A stretch of DNA of 64,000 bases, taken from Psilocybe cubensis. Its lineage: Eukaryota. Positions 12,935-26,062 of this stretch are shown piece after piece (position 1 is the first letter of the stretch; each line of letters begins with the position of its first letter). Position numbers and translations under genes: made by a program. The stretch covers positions 3,410,001 through 3,474,000 of the forward strand of contig CM039003.1 in the NCBI GenBank assembly GCA_017499595.2, given 5' to 3'. The notes under the pieces are model-generated. The model searched no databases and was not told the DNA's origin. It was given only the letters and a program-made list of their open reading frames with translations.

Positions 12935-15217
12935 ATGGTATTAGGCTTGGACGACCCCACGCTTCCCCGAAAGGCCACCTACTCGCTACATGGGTTGTAT
13001 GCGGGAAACTATCTCACTGGGGTGTATGTCTTACAATACTCTCCCGTTTACCGCCTCCTCTTTGGAAATTTCGGGCGCTTAAAGTCGGTACTGACATTAG
13101 CTTTGCTCCTTCAGATTTTACGGCTTGACGACCCACCAGGCATTTGTGTATTTCCAGAGATCGGAAAACGATCCCCTGAATACTCGTCTCCTCGTGTGTG
13201 ATTCTCCTTTCTCTATTTCATGCATTATGAGCTGACGAGGGTGACTAGGTTCTGTTTCTATGGTACATGTCAATTCATTTTTTCTCCATATTTCCAACCC
13301 CTTCCTTTCGACTACTTCATTCCCTCTCAAAATTCATTGATAATCAAATGGATGATATAATTGATGTCCTGTAAAAGGATTCTGGACACTTTACACTCCG
13401 TGTCAGTAGCCATCGCGCTGTTTGAGATCACTAAAGAGTCGATCAACAACCCTCTGGGTCTGCTAATTAATCGCATTCCATGGTGCGTTGTATCTGAATC
13501 CTGAATTCTGCGTAGTATCTGATCGTTGGTGCACATCTGGGTTTGTTTCTACACTACCCATTACCAGGGAGATTTCGGTGCGTGTACATGATGCATGCAC
13601 TTCTAGAGGATATACTTATATTCATACTCTTTGATGTTGATATTAACGTGATGCGCTGATCGTTGGGTATTTTAAAGTTCTCTCTCATCATGATGGTGCG
13701 TCTTGCGTCTATGCGACGTGTTGCTTGTAAGCTATCAGTACAGTCAAATTGTGCTAACGATAGTCTGTATCCTTAGACGGTCAGTGACTGTTGTGTACGA
13801 GGGTGCGTTATTATTTATCCGTTTTTGCCTTTACTTTCTCCGCGTATGTGATTGATGGTTCAAATGCTTTGATAGGTTTTATTGCCACCGCGTCTGGAAA
13901 TGTAAGTCCACATCAGCGCCTGCCTTTTTCTGACTAGAAAGCTGCCTTCTCACACTTTATACCCCTCTTTGGTATAGTAAGCAATCACAATGTGATCCTA
14001 ACCGGCCTTGCCGTACGTTCAGATCCTTTACTACAATGCCATTCGTTGATGTCAAAGCCACTATTGACAGGCATTTTCTATCATTTGCGCCTTAATTGCA
14101 GGACTGTGTGAGTTTTGTATATTATGCATCTATTAATTTGCGTGCACACATGTCACTACACTGAATGGCTAACCTAATATTGCAGATTCATCGTGTAAAA
14201 CGTGCGTGATGACATTTGGCGTTCCACTGACCCGACTGATGTTTCTGTTTCCCTTGCAATCTCCTGGCACTCAAAAAGCGTTGGGGTGACAGGCCTCGAA
14301 GCTTTTGGAATTGTTGTAAGCATACTGTCCCATTTTTCAACCGAATCTATTTGATCATACTCAACTGTGTTAGATCGAGATAGACTTGACAGTGATTGCG
14401 ATATGCATATCGGACTCGATTCTCACGGGTTCTCTGTGTGTTTTGCTTTGGAATAGTAGATCGAGTGTAAGACGGTGCGTCGATTGGTAATGTGCAGTCA
14501 ACGTGCACAGACAGTGTGGATGGGTGATACTGAGGAACTTTTCAAGGACAAATTCGCTGATAAGCACGCTGATCTTGTACACGGTCACATCGGGTTTGCT
14601 TACAACGCTTGTTGCTGTTATGGCTTTAATTCTTGTAAGTAGGTGTTTTTTTTTTTTGGCAAGTAATTACTAAAAAATTGAATTCAACTTCTCATTATCT
14701 CAGCTGCTAACGCTGAGAGATACATTTGCATACGGAGGCGCCTTTTATATATTGGGAAAATGTGAGTTCGTCAGTCTTTCCCTTTATAGAAATTGTGTGT
14801 ACAGCATCTAAGCGGCACCACGCCGTCTTTTTATTTTGCCGTGCAGTATATTTCAGTTCTCTACTCGCAACACTCAACCGCCGCGAAATGTTCCGCACAA
14901 AAATGGAGTCCACTACTGGCGGTTTCATCTCCATCTCCCTCGGTGAGACAACGCACTCGAGCGTGGGCGATCAGGTCGGTATGCCTGTCTTTGCGTCGGC
15001 GGACGATGTAAATGCAGGCACAGACTCAGAGGCACAGACGAAGATGACGACGAGGAGGGGAACGATAAATGCGGTTTCTGTGGTTAGCACCAACGCTGAT
15101 GCGGGGCAAGATGTACGTTTATTTGTTTCTTGCACTAGGTTTTGGATGATAAATTCTTGTCACTTCTAGGGATATGCTAACATAAAAGTGGAGAAGCATG
15201 TGACTACTGTGGTGTAA
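12935..15217 (+). CDS. DUF6534-like multi-pass (7TM/GPCR-like) membrane protein, 'LDDP' subfamily, ~18 exons
   Basis: MVLGLDDPTLPRK..LHGLYAGNYLTG / FYGLTTHQAFVYF / FYCHRVWK / DSILTGSLCVLLWNSR / TNSLISTLILYTVTSGLLT / YFSSLLATLNRR; GT-AG introns at the same positions as paralogs at 37.5 and 55.5 kb; final exon ends ..KVEKHVTTVV*. Confidence 0.85.
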
Positions 15218-15818
15218 CTTATGTATCTCCTTGCTCTGTCTGAGGCTCTGTTTTATCCGTGCATTCAATCAACAATTGGAGAGCACACCATGAATACGAT
15301 GAAGTTCTAGTTGCTTTAATTGAGAACTAACATCTGTGCGCTTTGTGACCACCGTGTGAGCACCGTCTATCTGATTTCCTCTTGTCTCTCATGTCTCGTC
15401 TCGTTCCCACATCTGCATAACACTGAACGTCACACTTTTTGACTGAACATGTGTATGGTGTTGAAGATGTCGTAAGGTGAGTTGTCATGGTCTATAGAAC
15501 CTATCTATCTTGATGCACAGTGACACAACCCGATGTCTTCTCATATCGCCATCACAGGCTTGATGCTGTGTATAATGTATTCATTAAATCAAAATTTGGT
15601 CGCTGTTCCGTTGGCTGTTTGCCGATTTTCCTCTAACTATTACCTCAATCCTTACCGCAAACGCCCCACGTCTGTTTACCAACTTTCCTTACCCTGTATA
15701 TCCTTTCATACAACCACAATCACAGAGCCAATGATAGATTAGGAGGGTAAGTTGTGGGATCATTGACGGGATGAGTGTCTGAGTTCGTTGGACCCAGTTG
15801 GGGGCCAGCCTTGATGTT

Positions 15819-17369
15819 GGGCATACAGAAATCAGCGTGGCTGCTCGCGTGCGTGCGTTTTTGCGTGTGCCTGCGTGACACGCATTTTTGCGCAACAACT
15901 GTGTTCTGCACGCACATGGATGTGTTCTGCACGCAATGTCACATATAGTGTTGGATTATTTCCCGCCAGTACTCGTTTATCTCGTGCGTAAGGAAACAAG
16001 GATTCTCTTCTACTGGATTAGTTCAATAATAAATGATAATTATTCAATGCCTTGCCAGCACACTTGCATGATTCTTGCCATTTATAGCATTTGGCTTAAT
16101 TAATAGACATCTACTCAAAATTCTACTATACAGAGGTAAATCCTGTTTTCTTGTGACTTCAGCATTGCTATCACGTCCTACTTATGAGCACAGTTAGCTT
16201 GCTTGGATGATTTGGTGTACCTGGGCGTGTTCCTCGACACCATCTCCGGCCGACTACGCGACCAGCCGCATTGCATCCGGCAACACCTTTTATTCAATGA
16301 TGTCCGACCACATTACCAGTCCCGCGAACTTGAATAAAATCTTTTTTTTTGTCCTTTGGACAAGTATTTGGTGTCGTCGAACGACGATGAGCGTGACATC
16401 ACAGCACGCTAATCGCACTCAAACTCACGCATCTGACACGCAAGCAGCACGCGACCTACTTTCCCACGTGCACGCGAGGACACGCGATGATACGCGACCC
16501 GATTATTGCGTGTAATTGACACGCTAACACCTGTGGTTCGCACGCGATGACCCCGCACACAGATTCATCTTGCACGCCAGTACGAACTTATGCGTTTCTG
16601 GCTCGAAGTATCCTACTGAAAAAATGTATTCAATGAAAAGTTCACTGTACATCCCAGCCGCTTGTGGAGGGATAATTATAGAGATATTGTCATTTGTATT
16701 GTGTATCAACGGTGTAGTACGGCTTGAAAATACTTTTATATTCACACCTTGTGCCGTAGGTGCATCCTTAGATGGACTGGTAGTGTTGTCTTCTTCAACT
16801 GCCTTGATGCTATTTGAATCCAAGTGCGGTATGGATATCTAAGGGATGGCATCTATTCCATGAATAAATGAAGATGAAGAAAGTATAGTACTCATGTATC
16901 CTGAGTCTGTAGTGGTGACTTCTGGCTGCTTATGATCTCGTTTCATCATGTCCTTATTAATTTGCATAAAGCTCGTAAGGAGGAAGGTCCACTAACTCCA
17001 AAAGAATTCAGAAGTCTTCTGTTGACAACTCAGTAGCGAGTGAAAGACGAAAATTATGTGGGGGAATAGTACCTTATTAGGCTATACACCACTTGTTCTG
17101 GAGTCAGAGTCTATTTAAATGAAAAGAAAGGTGTATAACAATCCAGTGCTTACAATAGTATATCTAGTACTTAGTACAACTTGCTAAATGTCAGATTTGT
17201 GTTGAGATATGCACGCATATATCACGCTACCTCAATGACGCTGCACGCATTTCAATGACATGTACACGCAAGATCTGTCAATTTGCACGCAAATTCACCG
17301 AATAGCATTTATGCGCAGCACGCAAAAATAGGTCGCACGCAGGCTAGCCACGCTCTTTTCCTGGTGCCC
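15819..17369. mobile_element. Non-autonomous Mutator-like (MULE) element, ~1.55 kb
   Basis: Exact 9-bp TSD cttgatgtt (15810-15818 and 17370-17378); imperfect TIRs starting gggca..cag.aa..agcgtggct..gcgtgcg..tttttgcgtg; many gcacgc/gcgtgc subterminal motifs. Confidence 0.8.
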
Positions 17370-18621
17370 CTTGATGTTCCGTGCTTGACTAGCTTCACCT
17401 GCGCGGCTGCATCTCGGACCACCTTAAACCCTGATAGATTCAAGCCTCTTCTACAAAGATGCATAGTCTCATATATTATATGTATGTGAATAACTGAAAG
17501 GATGCGGTTAATGAGACAATACCAGAGCATTATTCCCTATTCTACTGAGATTTCTATGCCAACGTCCATCCTTAGATTACGAAAATCTCAGGAGTTATGG
17601 ATCCCCTTGCCAATATGCATCCCGACATGCAAATTTGTGTACTAGTGGGTGATTCTGCTTCAAAATCATCATCCCTTCAGATTCCCCACTCATTCCCATT
17701 GCATATATCAGAGCATCTGATAATATACCCTCTCTATAGATGCAATCACCGTCATTTATACAACAACGATGACAAACAAGGAACTTGCATGTGGTGTGAA
17801 AAGAATGAACTCGAATTAGAATCCGCAGTACATAGGGATAGTTACTAGTGTGAAATCTACTAATATCAGATGGTCAGGCATGTACGACCATAGGTCCAAG
17901 ATATTCAAATGGTACATGGTGCTTCGAGTAAGCAAACGTTGGTAGATCATGCGACAGGCACCAACTGTCAACATTTGTTTTTTATAGAGTGGCCCATATA
18001 TCTACCGTAAGTATAATCTGCTGCACACTCTACAAAAAAGTCACTAATGATCATTATAACAATCCCTATGGATTCAACGTACATGGACCTGTGCCCATAG
18101 CATTACAAAAGCCTTCAGACTACATGTGCGGCTGATCGTGTCCCTTATTTTTTGCCCCTCATTTTCCTCAAGACTTGGTTATAAAATCTTGGCATGTTCC
18201 CTGCTGGGTTTCTCTGGGAAATAGACCTAAACATGTCCCGGTGGATTCAACTCATAGGATAATGGATATTGGTATTAAAAGATCGAGATACCATCAAAGA
18301 ATGTCCCCGAAGAAATGACAACAATAGACGTAGTTAAAACCAGCCTGAGATGCTAGCACGCATATATATAGTCAATGTACGCTCATTCACTTCTGACCGT
18401 TTTCTCCGTCTCAAAAGCTGATAAATCACAATCTCCTTCTGATCCTTAGGCCTTGCTTCCATCTCACATTCTATTTATCTTTGTCAATTAATAACACTCG
18501 TGTTTCACTACAATCAGTTTGGATATGTTTAAGCACATTGGTTTTGTATATAGTAGTAAGGATTAAGGTAAATGATGTAAATAAAGCCTTTGGAATACTG
18601 TCATCCGAGCATATTGGCATC

Positions 18622-19968
18622 ATGGCTGCCTCAGTCCCTGCATTCCCAACCAAGTTCCAAGAAATTACAATTGCGAGCAACATCAACTGCTCAATGATAC
18701 AGAATTTTCTTGTAGGTGAGGAAATATGTTTCCTCTGGATAGTGAAACATCATAAATTAATAGCTGGAAGGGGTATACACTGTGGTGTATGGTGTAACGG
18801 TGCATGTTTACCGTGAGTTACACTCGGTCGGCGCATAAATCAACCGTATAACATGACCTAAAGTATCCAGAAAGCAAGGTAGCACTGGAAAACATGTCGT
18901 ATTGGCATCAGTAACCGCATTGTATCTCTTCTCCGTGATCAATTTCGGTCTGCAGTGGTACGGCTTCAACTGGTCATTAATTGTACATGGAGACACGCGC
19001 GCCTCTGTCTTCTTGGCGTCAGTGACCGGGCTAAGCACTGTTTTTTCTACACTGATCAACCTTACCTATTCTCTCTCTTTGATTGTTGCCGACGTGCTGT
19101 TGGTCAGTATTCTTCATATTGTCCTTCAAGGCATCGACTGAGCTCTCTGGATAGATTTGGAGATGCTACCACGTCTGGGGCCGTTCGTTCAAGATTATAT
19201 CCGTTTTATGTTTGCTCTCTTTATGTGAAATTGGTATAGAAGTCTAATAGAGTCTCTACAAGAGTATAGTAGTGCTGATAATTTACTGTGCAGCCCTTAC
19301 CATTGCAGTGACAGTAATTGATGTATTGTTCCAGACATTTACAACCCCCGCACAAGCCGAGAGCCTCAACTCTCTCACCATTGCGCTCGCATTCATATCT
19401 TTGGCCATTACAGCAACCGCAACTTCACTGATCGGATACCGAATCTACAGTACTTCTAAGGGTAACACCATTATGCAGGCCAAGAAGCGATACACGCGCA
19501 TTATTATCCTGATTGTTGAATCATCGGCAGTATACTCGTTGTTGCTGCTCCTCTTCGGAATAGTACTCGCCGTACCTGCGTTTAACCAGATTGATTCCTC
19601 TGTAGGACCGTTAGGGGCCTACCTGCAGACTTTTCTAACCGCTACACCTGTGAGTAATGTGATGCATGCTTACTTTGACTGTTATTCCACACAGAGTGTG
19701 TCATCTAACGAATTAACTGACTCAGGGGCTGGTGCCGACGGTTATGGTCGCCAGGCTCGCATTTCAAGACGAGAATACAGACTATGAGACATCCCACATG
19801 TCCGTAGATGTATCAAATCTGAACTTTGATAATCGCCAAGCAGGTCATGAAACTAGCAGCCCACATGAAACCGACTTTGCCTTGAATCCAACTACGCACA
19901 ATGAAACCGAAAACTCTCCGGCAGAAAATCTCAAGGATAATATCACCCATGAAAAGAGGTCTGATTGA
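18622..19968 (+). CDS. Orphan 7TM-like membrane protein, 'IWRCYHVW..IVES' family, 6 exons
   Basis: MAASVPAF..CSMIQNFL|GVYTVVYG..|..VADVLL|IWRCYHVWGRS..|..LIGYRIYS..RYTRIIILIVESSAVYS..|GLVPTVMVARL..KRSD*; canonical splice sites shared with the 26063 paralog. Confidence 0.85.
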
Positions 19969-20189
19969 TTGTATTTTTGTAGATGGAAATGACCACCGCT
20001 AAGAGGATGAACGGAAATAAATGGAACTTGGACGCAAATAAATAGCTAGTTACCATGGATGTTAGTTAGAAATGAATGAATATGAGCTATAAGTTAATGA
20101 TATATAGTAAATGTCCATCTACTCGCAAGTCCATGCGAAGTTACAATACTATTACTCATTGAAATGTTTAAAAACGGCAATATATACAA

Positions 20190-21840
20190 CTAAGCCTCGC
20201 CATCCACTTTGCTTAACATCGACTGACGCCCATAATCGCCCACCGACGCGCCGTTAAAAGCGATAGCGCTCATCTCTGAGCTTTTGGGCTTTGCACTTAG
20301 ACCAGTGCCAATTCCTACACCTGTGCCTGTGCGGAAGTGAGCGCTGATTTGAGCGCGCCTGTTGAGAGACACGAGGAGGGCGTTGGTGTATACTTTATTA
20401 TTATAGGGGCATCAGAGGGTTAACTCGGGCGTGGTGGTGGTGGTTGAGGGAACGTTGGGTGGATTGGGTGCTTACCGTTGCCTAGTGTGTTGATTATCTG
20501 AATGTCAACGCCTAGTGGTATATTTGTCAGTTATGTATCGCAGGTTGCGGATAGAGGTAGAATGATAGGAGTATGGTATGGCTGTCCGTTTGCACATTTA
20601 ATACCAATCAATAAACTTTTTGTCCCATACATAGAAGTCTCAATTCTACACAATTCCATATACACACTCTGATGTCCTGGATATAGAGAGATGGTTTCCG
20701 AACATATAAATCCAGTATCCATATATTCATAGGTTGCATCCTCAGATACAACTTTGAGTGCCATACATATAGTTTTGGTGCCCACATATACAAATTACAA
20801 TCCCTTACATAGAGAAAACACTCCCTTTTATACATATTTTGTTGCCTTACTTATATCTGAAGGTTCCCCGTATGATTGTTCTTACCTTTCTTCATCCCGA
20901 AGATATACAGTCATTTTTCGGCATTCTGTCTATGCCGTGCATGCCTAGACATCGTGAGAATCGGCAAATCTCGGCAAATAAGGACACAAATTACAGTTCA
21001 TTGCCTGTATGCCTATCGACACACGCTGATTGAACATTAAAAAGATGCACATTTATCCAATTAATCAGTAAATATATTCCTGTGTAGGCTGATTACAGAA
21101 GTAGCTTGTCTTCATAGTTTGAGACGAGTGCTTTGACCAGCCCAGTCGCCGTGCTAAGGCTTAAAAAGGCCTAAGTTGAGGTTGCAGACAGAAAATTGCA
21201 TTGGAGTAGTCTATATACAGTCTTATGTGACTTAATGTACGAGTGTTTATGCTCATGATTAATTTTATAATCTTGTAATGACTGTCCTACTTTCTTCACA
21301 AGTAGCAAGCCACTGCAAGCGGGACGAAAATCGAGTTCCCACGCCTCTACGGCACGGACGGCACAAATAATATTCATCTGGACAACTCTATATCTTCGGA
21401 CAAAAGTTGAGGTACATGCGGAGAGGGTCACAGACTATGGTACTGAGTTTTTTATGTATGGATAGCATACCCTTATGTGTGCAGCTCCCATTCAAACTTA
21501 AGGGCATGCAAATACAATGACCGGGATAATTTCTTGTATGCTTGGAAATTATCTCTCTATAACCGGGACACCAAGGTATGTAGTTGGGTTCAAGAAAAAT
21601 TGTAATTTATATGTATGGGGAAAGAAGTTTATACTTTGGTATTAAATGTGCAAACGGACAGCCATAGTATGGTTATAGTGACTCGTTGATAACTTACCAA
21701 TATCAAGCCGACGAGGGAGGTGAAGCTCGTTAATATGCTGGTGGTAAGTGTGTATCCGATAAGAGTTTTAATCATTGAAGTTGTTCGGTCACTATTTCGT
21801 TTGTCAGAACGCGTGTGGGGTAAGTGGGTGAGTAGTTTAG
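20190..21840 (-). pseudogene. 5'-truncated DUF6534-like pseudogene (copy of the 30160-32269 gene)
   Basis: Last three exons match 30160-30735 (TTSMIKTLIGYTLTTSILTSFTSLVGLIL; YTNALL.SLNRR..SAHFRTGTG..GDYGRQSMLSK); 22-nt deletion in the penultimate exon; TIR element in an intron; no upstream exons. Confidence 0.85.
20577..21666. mobile_element. Non-autonomous TIR element with TATG..CATA ends and 6-bp TSD (IS3EU-like signature)
   Basis: Perfect 31-bp TIR tatggctgtccgtttgcacatttaataccaa (20577-20607; revcomp 21636-21666); TSD gtatgg; empty site visible in the paralogous intron at ~30605-30625. Confidence 0.9.
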
Positions 21841-23345
21841 GGTATATGCGGAATGATACTGCGCATATATCGTGTCCCAACGACGCAGGAAGGCCATTGG
21901 ACCATGCCCGTGTGCATTTATATGGTTATATCGATCATCTGGGATATCGACTTACATTTTCTTTTCATCATCCACGCCACATATAAGTCTGCAGTGTACA
22001 CATGAGTCATCGCAAAAGCTCGGGATGAAGAGCACAAAACGACGCACCAAAACAAAGGTCAAGGTGCTCATAAAAGGAATCGCAACACATGGACGGAACC
22101 CGCGCAGGTAACGGCAAGAAAAAAGCATCCTTAACCAACCAGACAGCTATAATCCAGTCCCATACGCATACAAAATCGACACACAAATACCTGGGAAAAC
22201 GCCCAAAATGTGTGAAGGGGTTAACGCTAGGATACTCGCGCCAATGGTAGAGGTCTGGATGGCTTAACAGGTTGGGTGGTGAAACCCTAGGAGTTAACCA
22301 TGCAGGAGTGAATTGTGTGTTGAATTTGAGGTTTGATTATTTGAGTGAACGTGCCATCCATCCCCACCCGACTCTATTCGTGAAAATCCACCCGAGACTC
22401 ACACGCACCCGCGAACAACATCAGCGCATGATTATAACGCCCTGTATCCATCATTTCTAATGCATGATAGAGATCGAGGGTTAAGGGCAGTCGATTGGAC
22501 GGGGGGAGTGGGTTCGGGATGAGGATGTGGACAGGTATGGGGATGGGGTAGAAGCAAACGCAAGGATGATTGAAACGTGCCATTTCAGAAGCCCACCCTG
22601 ACAGACTTGTGGAGGAGATTGACGAGATAAAACTGAGACCAAGAGCTTGTCCCTATGTTAACATCACGATGAAGAACAACCCAGGACTAGCAAGGAGTGA
22701 CATACCAGGACAATACCGGATTAAATCCATATTTGAAGGTATGTCAACTCATGGATACAGCAGCGCCGATAAGACAAATCATGGACCATCCATACCCAAA
22801 TACCTGAACAGCCCTGACCCAACCAATGCACATACGCGATGAACTCCCCGTCGCCGCCATTGCCTTTGCATCAATGGGGATCTGGGAGTATGACTCAAGT
22901 ATAGGCGTATGCGATACGTCTCTGCACATTTATCGTGGATGGGCTTACGGCGACTGTAGAAGATTTTTAGGAGAGGCTTTGGATTGTGTAGTGGTTTGGG
23001 TGACGATGCGGAGGCCTTTGATTGAGCTGATGAGGTTGATTTCGGATATCGCCGGCTGACACATCACCCCGTTTCGTTCCGCGGGTCTCCCAGTATTTCT
23101 GCCAACTGCCAACCACACCCTCCTCTGAAAGCACTCGAAATATTCGCACTATGCACATATCGTGAATGATCCAACCCTTTTGGACATGTAGCCAAATTTG
23201 TGCGGTTCAATGTAACGGCTTTTTCGCTTCTCGCGTATAGGTTGAGCTTGTGATGGGGTTGGGATAAATGCGAGGAAGCACGAAGAGATAGATAGAACAG
23301 GTGAAGCATTCTTATTTATCTTTTCTCGATACGCGCTATATTACT
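21840..23345. repeat. Inverted diverged homologue of 3865-4920
   Basis: Shared blocks as listed for 3865-4920, including the reversed cggctgacacatcacc.cgttt.gttccgcggg motif at ~23053. Confidence 0.7.
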
Positions 23346-26062
23346 CTAAGATTTGGGTGCACTATGGCCTGTCAGGTTCTTGGTAGGAGGTTTCTGTGCT
23401 TCTTTTCACCTGCGCGGTTGCGTCGATGGGTTGGATTACCCTTAGAATTGTGTTCTGGAATCAATATGACCGATCTGGTTCTGATCACATCTCAGTGACG
23501 ATGCAATTCGATTAGACCATCCATTCTCAATTGTAATCTCACTGATCTGCTTTGAATTCTGCAGATATTGTAGCCGTGTACTCGAGTTCTTAACAGACAT
23601 GCACACTGGAGACATTTGGATATGCTACATGGTCGACTCAGACCTTCCTTCATTCATTCATCCGTCGACAAACCACATGACCGACACGTAATTGTCACTC
23701 ATGCTTGGATATTTACACTGTTTAATGGCGTCCTGCCCATCCTGTCCATCCCCATCAGAATACTCGTCCAGAGCCCCTTGCATTCCCCTACAAGCTTTAT
23801 TCAACCCCTGAACTCTGCTATTTAACTGGATCCACAACGGAAATGATATATATGGGGTTCTTGCGGGGTTCCGAACATAGATGGTATACGAGGAAATGCG
23901 TGAGGAGGAAGGCTGTATTTGGATGTGATTGGTTGGTGCCCAGGTTCGGGCAGGTTTTGAAGTTGAAATGGCTCAACCGTTTGCAGGACACCGCGCGTTG
24001 AACGCAACGGCACATGTATACCGTTGGAGGCTAGGCTGATATCCTAGATGCTTACTTAATTACACCGAAGATATGGCGTCGCCACATGTCCCGTAGTGGG
24101 TCGTCCACTCCCTGCCTCGCAAATATCCATCCCACGGGTCCCCTCGCATCCGCTCTAGTAATCTTTCCCCCATCCGGTCTCTTTCGTACAGTTCAAATAG
24201 CAATGCTGACGATGGAATCCGGGAGGTGGTATGTCGGTTACAGAAACGAGCGGATGCGTGGGAGTCTCGCATAGATGTGCTCGCGACTTTGTGGGATGCC
24301 GTGCTTCGGTTGGGCTATTAAAATAAATGTGAATCTAGCCGCCTCCACTCTCCACATTTCGCGCATGTCGGTTCGCATTTATATACGCAGATGCTCTGTA
24401 TGACTCGGGTCACTTACCTGCCATTCATCCGTTGACAAAATACTTGACCTCAGACTTCACTGTGTTGTTGGTACTGAGTATATGCGCTATTGTAACACAC
24501 TCGTTGCCTTGCGAGAGGTTCAGTCGACTAATACAAGAAAATTCAACATACTGGTTATCCTCACAACAAACCCCCTTCATCTGCTTCTCAAGTTTCTTTA
24601 CTCTTCATTCATTTTCATACCGCTCAAAAGGCAATGTGTTGTTGGAGTACTGGTATTTTTGTGAACTGATTCATGGGAGGATTGGGTAGTTGTGGTTGCA
24701 CTTTGGTGTTAGGCGCGATGAATGCCATGTTTATTTCGGATCACAGCCCTTGCAAACATATCACCCCAAACCCATCGCATCTGTCGCGAATATCATTCCT
24801 TATTGTCCGTTGTCTTTCATTCCATGACAATGACGGAGACGGGCAGTTACGATTTTGGGTTTTGGGGCACGAGTATGGGATTGGGTTAGACCATGTTGGG
24901 ATTCCGGCGACCGGCTTATCATGGGGTTGGAGATGTCGGAGAGTGGCCTTTTGAGGCTCAAGGATCCTGGTCCCGTTCAGCAGGGAATGACGGCTTTTTT
25001 CAAGCCATAGCATATATCACCACGCCAAGCAAAGAACATTGGTGCTGTATAGGATCTTGCTACTTTATTGCTCACGGACACGACCTGATGCCTTTTCAAT
25101 ATATTGCCAGTAGCGACATAAAACAGAATTTATTCATACTCTCAACGCTTGGGTGTGTTTTTCTCGACTGTTTAGCGATTTTCAGCCCATTCCCATCCCA
25201 ATACCTACCCCATAGGCCTCGCGTCTGTTTACCAAGTTCCCTTATCGACAGTAATCTTTCATGCAGCCGCATTGGCATCAGAACCGATAGATAAGGGGGT
25301 TCATCGCTGCATCTCGGGACTTGGGATACTAGGCGATAATGAAAATAGATGCAGAATTCGAATATCACTTGCGTGTGGCTCTGAGCTGTTCAGTACATCC
25401 GGGTGCCGATGATGGGTTCTTCTATGCTCGATGCCAATCTGTGTTCTGTTTCTCATCGAACGTCTTCACCGCCTCTCATGAGATGGTGATGGGTAAGGAG
25501 ATTCTTTCTGCTTGATGCAACTGAGTTCAAGCAGTGCACTGGGTACATGGACTCGGAAACATAAACTACACCTGCTCTTTTCTCTTTACTATCGTCGGAA
25601 TCATGACGCTCAAGTTAGATACACTCGCTCTAAGGCAAATTTGAGCTTCGATACGTATTGCGTCAGCCGAATTTAATAGTCCGCGGAGAGAAGTGTATTG
25701 TCTTTTTCAAACTCAGATTGTTGTTATTGATAGAGAAGATGAGTTGTGCCAACAAATATTTTGATGAACTCCCACCGACAAATGACTCTAATAGCCTCAG
25801 CTAAACCTGCCATGAGATGCTAAACCCTGTATAGATAAACATATCAAGCTAGAAGATCATGAACATCTACTTCTAGTCGTTGTACTGCATCTCAGAAGCT
25901 GACACATCATGAAGATCTACTTCTAAACCTTGACTTTTTTTGAGTGATAGCACTTTGTTTCAGTACAATCAGCTTGGATGTAATTTCAGCACATTTCTGT
26001 TGTATATAAAAGTTAAGGATGTCTACGATATATGCAAACTGTCATCGTCTCATATTAACATC

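Noticed and set aside
22570-22842. 90-aa ORF with protein-like composition
   Set aside because: No recognisable motif, ATG start, splice context or paralog; lies within a decayed duplicated segment.
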